From: Gammaproteobacteria bacterium
GTDB taxonomy: Bacteria; Pseudomonadota; Gammaproteobacteria; GCA-001735895
Direction of reading: 5' to 3'
NCBI GenBank assembly: GCA_047639625.1
Contig: JBLIOG010000002.1
Span: forward strand, 1-56,353
Length of the DNA: 56,353 bases
Shown: piece by piece, positions 52,437-56,353 of the stretch
Numbering within the stretch: the first letter of the stretch is position 1
How the letters are laid out: each line of letters begins with the position of its first letter
The notes under the pieces: generated by a model
What the model saw: the letters and a program-made list of their open reading frames with translations, nothing else
What the model was told of the DNA's origin: nothing
The model's database searches: none
Position numbers and translations under genes: made by a program

Positions 52437-52858
52437 ATAGTGACTCCCTCTATGGGGTACGCCTCACTTTTGAAGCCCCAAAAGTAAGCAGGTCGTTCCT
52501 TCGCAGAGCCTGACCCGTGAGTACAGCGAATGCCTTGGGTATCCATGCGACCACGACATACCGTTCATCCTGAACATAAAGTGCGCACTCTCTAATGGGC
52601 ATTTAAAGTCAAAAGAAAACACAACTATCTCGATACCTACGATGTTTTTTAATTCCCTTTCAAGCCCGCGGATCAATAGCGTTTTAATCGGGGTCAATCG
52701 GCATGGACGCCAATTGAGGCTTAGCGCGGTGGACCCGCGTCTGAGCCGACCGTGGTTAAAGTGATATTTATTCGATGATGGGCTTGTTGGGGGACGGCGT
52801 TTTGCTTATTTTTCTACTGTAGGAAAAGTGAGGCGTACCCTGCCGAGAGAGTTACTAT
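52437..52858. mobile_element. Non-coding element of about 420 bp bounded by long imperfect inverted repeats (MITE-like, with Tn3-family-like ends)
   Basis: The left arm 52437-52490 is ATAGTGACTCCCTCTATGGGGTACGCCTCACTTTTGAAGCCCCAAAAGTAAGCA. The reverse complement of the right arm 52803-52858 is ATAGTAACTCTCTCGGCAGGGTACGCCTCACTTTTCCTACAGTAGAAAAATAAGCA. They share a 17-nt perfect core (GGGTACGCCTCACTTTT) plus flanking matches. Reading inward from GGGG the pattern is GGGG...TAAG over about 35-38 nt, as in Tn3-family IRs. There is no convincing ORF inside. Confidence 0.5.
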
Positions 52859-52981
52859 AAAATTAGGTAGCATTAAGGGTGCGAAATCATTGCACATGAC
52901 ACCCATGAGTGACCATTAATTGTATCCTGCTGAATTAGGTTGCCAATCACCAATTAATATATTGCTGTTAGATATTTAACG

Positions 52982-53872
52982 TTAAACCCGACTAGTCCGA
53001 CTGTCTCTAATCAGGCCAAACGTAAACAACACAAGACCAATCCAGATGCCGACAAACCCCAGTAGTTTGTCGGTATTAAATGCTTCCTGCAGGATGATCA
53101 CGCCTGATAAAAACTGCAAGGTAGGCGTCACATAAAATAGAACTCCCACCGAAGTCATCGGAATCATGCGCGTTCCGGCAGTAAAGAAAACTAAAGGTAT
53201 GATGGTTATAGGGCCGCCAATAATCAGCAGCCAGTTGGTTTGTGAATTAAGATTCATGAATACTGCACTACCGGTTTGATGCAACCAGCCCAGCGCGATT
53301 AAGGTGAATGGCAGTAGCAACAATGTTTCAATTAATAATCCGGGTATTGCATTGGTTTCCATTTTCTTTCGACAAATCCCGTATGCGGAAAAACTCGCGC
53401 CCAACGCCAATCCTATCCAGGGAATAATTCCTGTTCCGATGATGTAATAAAAAACACCTGCAGCGGCAAAAATAATTGCGATTATTTTTAAATGATCGAG
53501 ACGTTCCTTAAATATGAAGTACCCGGCAATAACATTCATTAAAGGTGTTAAAAAGTACCCCATGCTGGCTTCAATCACTTGATGGTTATTAACGGCCCAA
53601 ATATAAACTCCCCAGTTAAAGCAGATAAACAGACTCGATACCATAAGCCCTCGCATCGTCTTGAATGACGAGAATGCAGTTAAGACCTGTTGCTTGCGGC
53701 GCGGACTAATCAGCACCAATAACAGTAAAAAAGGAATTGCCCAGATCATCCGGTGCAATAACACTTCGAGCGAGGGAACGTGGGTTAGTAGAGCCCAATA
53801 AAGTGGGAAGAGGCCCCAGCCGATGTATCCGCAGAGGATGATCGGATAACCCTTATTCATTTGTATTGGCAA
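52982..53872 (-). CDS. rarD: EamA/DMT-family transporter RarD
   Basis: It is a 10-TM DMT protein of 296 aa. The N-terminus is RarD-like (GYIGWGLFPLYW). Confidence 0.8.
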   Translation of the reverse strand: MPIQMNKGYPIILCGYIGWGLFPLYWALLTHVPSLEVLLHRMIWAIPFLLLLVLISPRRKQQVLTAFSSFKTMRGLMVSSLFICFNWGVYIWAVNNHQVIEASMGYFLTPLMNVIAGYFIFKERLDHLKIIAIIFAAAGVFYYIIGTGIIPWIGLALGASFSAYGICRKKMETNAIPGLLIETLLLLPFTLIALGWLHQTGSAVFMNLNSQTNWLLIIGGPITIIPLVFFTAGTRMIPMTSVGVLFYVTPTLQFLSGVIILQEAFNTDKLLGFVGIWIGLVLFTFGLIRDSRTSRV

Positions 53873-53905
53873 TTAATGATCAACGCCAATAATCGGCGTC
53901 AATGA

Positions 53906-54172
53906 TCAACGACGAAGATCGCGAGCGAGAACGAGAATCAAACCTATCACCTGGAGAAAAATTGCAATGCTATAAATGAGGGTATTATTATTTTCGATCG
54001 AGTTTTTTCGTGCCTCTAGATCAAGAATTTCAAAATAAGTATTGTTGATGGATTGTATGATTTTCTTTTGTGATTGAGCCCCGACATCGAGTAGCAGCTG
54101 AATATTGTTTTCAATGGGCGTATTTAACGGGTTTGCAAATTGAGTCAAACCATGGCTGTTAATGAGCTTCAT
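53906..54172 (-). CDS. Hypothetical small protein with C-terminal TM helix
   Basis: This 88-aa ORF lies between bioD and rarD on the same strand. The body is N/Q/I-rich and ends in a hydrophobic tail (LIYSIAIFLQVIGLILVLA) followed by RDLRR. There is no clear SD. Confidence 0.3.
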   Translation of the reverse strand: MKLINSHGLTQFANPLNTPIENNIQLLLDVGAQSQKKIIQSINNTYFEILDLEARKNSIENNNTLIYSIAIFLQVIGLILVLARDLRR

Positions 54173-54280
54173 CGTTTAGACCAATGAAATAATGTGTAAG
54201 CACTGCTGATAAAATATTAAAAACGACCCCGGTTAATACGAAAACCCAGGGAGCAAAAATAGCCTTGGAGTTGATAGATA

Positions 54281-54958
54281 TCATGCCTGTTTAACGATGG
54301 ATTGTTTGAAAATATTCGCCAACGCTTGCTCAAACCCGCATTCAAATACCGGCGCTGAATTGAACCGAGAAAAATCCTCCGCGTTTTGCATGCCTGACTC
54401 GTGATCCGCATGGGTCCGATTAAAAATAACAGCTGCAACAGTCAAGTGTTGTTGTTCGACCGCGGCAACGGTTAAAAGTGCCTGATTGACGGCCCCCACT
54501 CGATCATCGATCACCAGGATTACCGGTAATTGGAGAGCCGTTGCAATATTTGCATTCAAGCCATCATCGGCAATGGGTGAATAAAACCCACCCGCACCTT
54601 CGACAATTAAACAGCTACCTTCGGATTGATTTAGGCTGGCATCGATCAATTGCTTAATAGAAAGTGACTTACCTTCTAATCCAGCCGCTCGATGAGGTGC
54701 AAGAGCAGCCTGGAATCGATGCGGGCAAATCACGTCCAGAGATTCTTTATTGTTATTCGCCGTTTGTAAGGCGATTGCATCGGCAGGGAGTCGGTTATCG
54801 TTATCATCTGACCGGCATCCAGATTCGGCTGGTTTGCGGGTTACAACTTTTAGCGGGAATTTATTGAGCTGTTTGATCAGTTGACAGGCAATATAAGTTT
54901 TTCCGGCGTCGGTGTCCGAAGCACTAATGAAATAGCCGTCAGGGTTTAGATTTATCAT
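54281..54958 (-). CDS. bioD: Dethiobiotin synthase (ATP-dependent)
   Basis: It has the P-loop SASDTDAGKT near the N-terminus, KPAESG and VEGAGG. I chose the ATG at 54958 so that the P-loop sits at the usual distance from the start. Confidence 0.8.
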   Translation of the reverse strand: MINLNPDGYFISASDTDAGKTYIACQLIKQLNKFPLKVVTRKPAESGCRSDDNDNRLPADAIALQTANNNKESLDVICPHRFQAALAPHRAAGLEGKSLSIKQLIDASLNQSEGSCLIVEGAGGFYSPIADDGLNANIATALQLPVILVIDDRVGAVNQALLTVAAVEQQHLTVAAVIFNRTHADHESGMQNAEDFSRFNSAPVFECGFEQALANIFKQSIVKQA

Positions 54959-55048
54959 GTTGACATTCTGTTCAAGAATCCCAGTCACTTCAAGCAATGA
55001 TTAAAGCCTGCTGATATAATTGCAGCCATATTTTTAATGAGTAGTCAC

Positions 55049-56353
55049 ATGCAGGAATTTCACCTCGGTCAGCGCTGGATTAGTGCTGCCGAACTTCATC
55101 TCGGTCTTGGTATGGTAATCGAGGTTGAGCATCGTACTGTCAGTATTATTTTTCCCTCAAGCGGCGAAACGCGAATATATTCGAGGCAGGAAGCACCCTT
55201 ATCACGGGTACGATTTAATGCCGGTGACGTCATTCAAAATCAGAATGACGATTCCTTCACTATCTTGCATATTGAGGAGTCTGACGGGCTAATATTTTAT
55301 GCCTGTACTGATGAATCGGGTCAGTCGGTTCTGTTACCCGAAGGTAAGCTTAATAACTTTCTACAGCTCAATCGCCCTGTTGAGCGTTTAATGAATGGTC
55401 ATATCGACCGTAACAAATGGTTTCGGTTACGCAATCGTGCCAGACAATTGTCAAATCAGCTCCAGAAGTCTTCGGTATTTGGTTTGGCAGGCTGTCGCAC
55501 GAGTTTGATCGAGCATCAGCTATATATTGCAAATGAAGTATCACAACGGTATGCCCCACGAGTATTACTGGCCGATGAAGTTGGGCTCGGAAAAACCATT
55601 GAAGCGGGTCTGGTTATACATCAGCAGCTTTTACAGGAGCGCGTAAAACGCGTACTAATTGTCGTCCCTGAGTCGTTGGTTCATCAATGGCTAGTTGAAA
55701 TGTTACGACGTTTTAACTTGATGTTCAGTGTTTACAACGAAGCGCGGGTCTTAAATGCGAATGATGACGACGACGAAGACCTGCTGAATTCAGATAATAT
55801 ATTTCATGATGAACAACTGGTGATTTGTAGCCTGTCGTTACTGATTGATCATCCCAACCTGGCTGACCAGGCCATCGAAGGTGACTGGGACATGCTAGTT
55901 GTCGATGAAGCCCACCATCTCACCTGGTCGCGAGATGATGTTAGTCCTGGCTACGAACTTGTTGATCAATTGGCATCGGTTACTCCCGGCGTTTTATTGC
56001 TGACGGCAACTCCCGAACAGCTTGGAAAGGAAAGCCATTTCGCACGACTACGCTTACTCGATCCCCGGCGTTTTAATAATCTAGATGCGTTTCTCGCTCA
56101 GGAATCGTCTTATCAATCGTTGGCTGATTTGGTCGAACAACTTCGAGCAGCAGATGTTATTGATTCTGATACTTTGCAGAAGCTGGAAGAAATACTCGGC
56201 GCAGACAGTGTTGCGACTGTTCGCGTATTGCTCGATGACCCTGATCCTGAAATTAGCCAGCCTGCGATTCAGCAATTGACTGATCAATTACTCGATCGAC
56301 ATGGAACTGGTCGCGTATTGTTTCGTAACACTCGTCATGTCGTTAAAGGCTTT
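55049..56353 (+). CDS. rapA: RNA polymerase-associated SNF2-family ATPase RapA (HepA), N-terminal 435 codons; continues past the right edge
   Basis: The frame is open from the ATG at 55049 to the window end. The translation starts MQEFHLGQRWISAAELHLGLGMVIEVEHRTVSIIFP. Helicase motif I is LLADEVGLGKTIEAG and motif II is LVVDEAHHL. It is not in the ORF track because it has no stop. Confidence 0.9.
   Translation, partial: MQEFHLGQRWISAAELHLGLGMVIEVEHRTVSIIFPSSGETRIYSRQEAPLSRVRFNAGDVIQNQNDDSFTILHIEESDGLIFYACTDESGQSVLLPEGKLNNFLQLNRPVERLMNGHIDRNKWFRLRNRARQLSNQLQKSSVFGLAGCRTSLIEHQLYIANEVSQRYAPRVLLADEVGLGKTIEAGLVIHQQLLQERVKRVLIVVPESLVHQWLVEMLRRFNLMFSVYNEARVLNANDDDDEDLLNSDNIFHDEQLVICSLSLLIDHPNLADQAIEGDWDMLVVDEAHHLTWSRDDVSPGYELVDQLASVTPGVLLLTATPEQLGKESHFARLRLLDPRRFNNLDAFLAQESSYQSLADLVEQLRAADVIDSDTLQKLEEILGADSVATVRVLLDDPDPEISQPAIQQLTDQLLDRHGTGRVLFRNTRHVVKGF

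Noticed and set aside
52250-52697. Two minus-strand ORFs (98 aa and 77 aa) inside the non-coding gap and MITE-like element.
   Set aside because: They overlap each other and the end of the ureohydrolase gene, run through the inverted-repeat arms, and have no SD or family resemblance. They are probably spurious.
54217-54438. 73-aa ORF overlapping the 3' end of bioD in another frame.
   Set aside because: It overlaps a motif-supported gene, and its Arg/Leu/Ser-rich composition is typical of an off-frame read.

Overview
This window is mostly core chromosome of a gammaproteobacterium. From memory, the gene order closely follows the Pseudomonas segment yggT-proC-yggS-pilT-pilU ... pyrC'-pyrB-pyrR-ruvX-algH-tonB3-gshB-pilG-pilH-pilI-pilJ-chpA-chpC. 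That segment is followed by the methyl-cycle genes rsmE-ahcY-metK, with an SAH riboswitch in front of ahcY, and then a tkt-gap-pgk-pyk central-carbon cluster. The left end carries a DUF2333-like gene fragment, an AsmA-family gene and mutY. The right end carries rarD, bioD and the 5' part of rapA. I recognised no rRNA, tRNA, CRISPR array, integrase or transposase gene. Several stretches are not explained by housekeeping synteny. (1) 3.65-8.45 kb is a tightly coupled four-gene operon: an aldehyde dehydrogenase, an atypical M19 dipeptidase-like protein, and 557-aa and 218-aa proteins of unknown function. (2) There is a third PilT/PilU-family ATPase in tandem with pilT-pilU, an ApbE flavin-transferase gene sits between the tonB3-like gene and gshB, and the Pil-Chp cluster lacks CheR/CheB homologues. 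(3) 44.2-52.9 kb looks like an accessory catabolic island. It holds a betaine-type ABC transporter whose permease has a long N-terminal extension, a LysR regulator that is visibly broken (one frameshift plus one in-frame stop), and a divergent operon of a guanidino-group-modifying enzyme, an M20 carbamoyl-amidohydrolase-like enzyme and an agmatinase-family ureohydrolase. A 676-bp non-coding gap follows, containing a roughly 420-bp element bounded by long imperfect inverted repeats that resemble Tn3-family ends. All calls rest on motifs read by eye from the ORF translations. No database search was possible.
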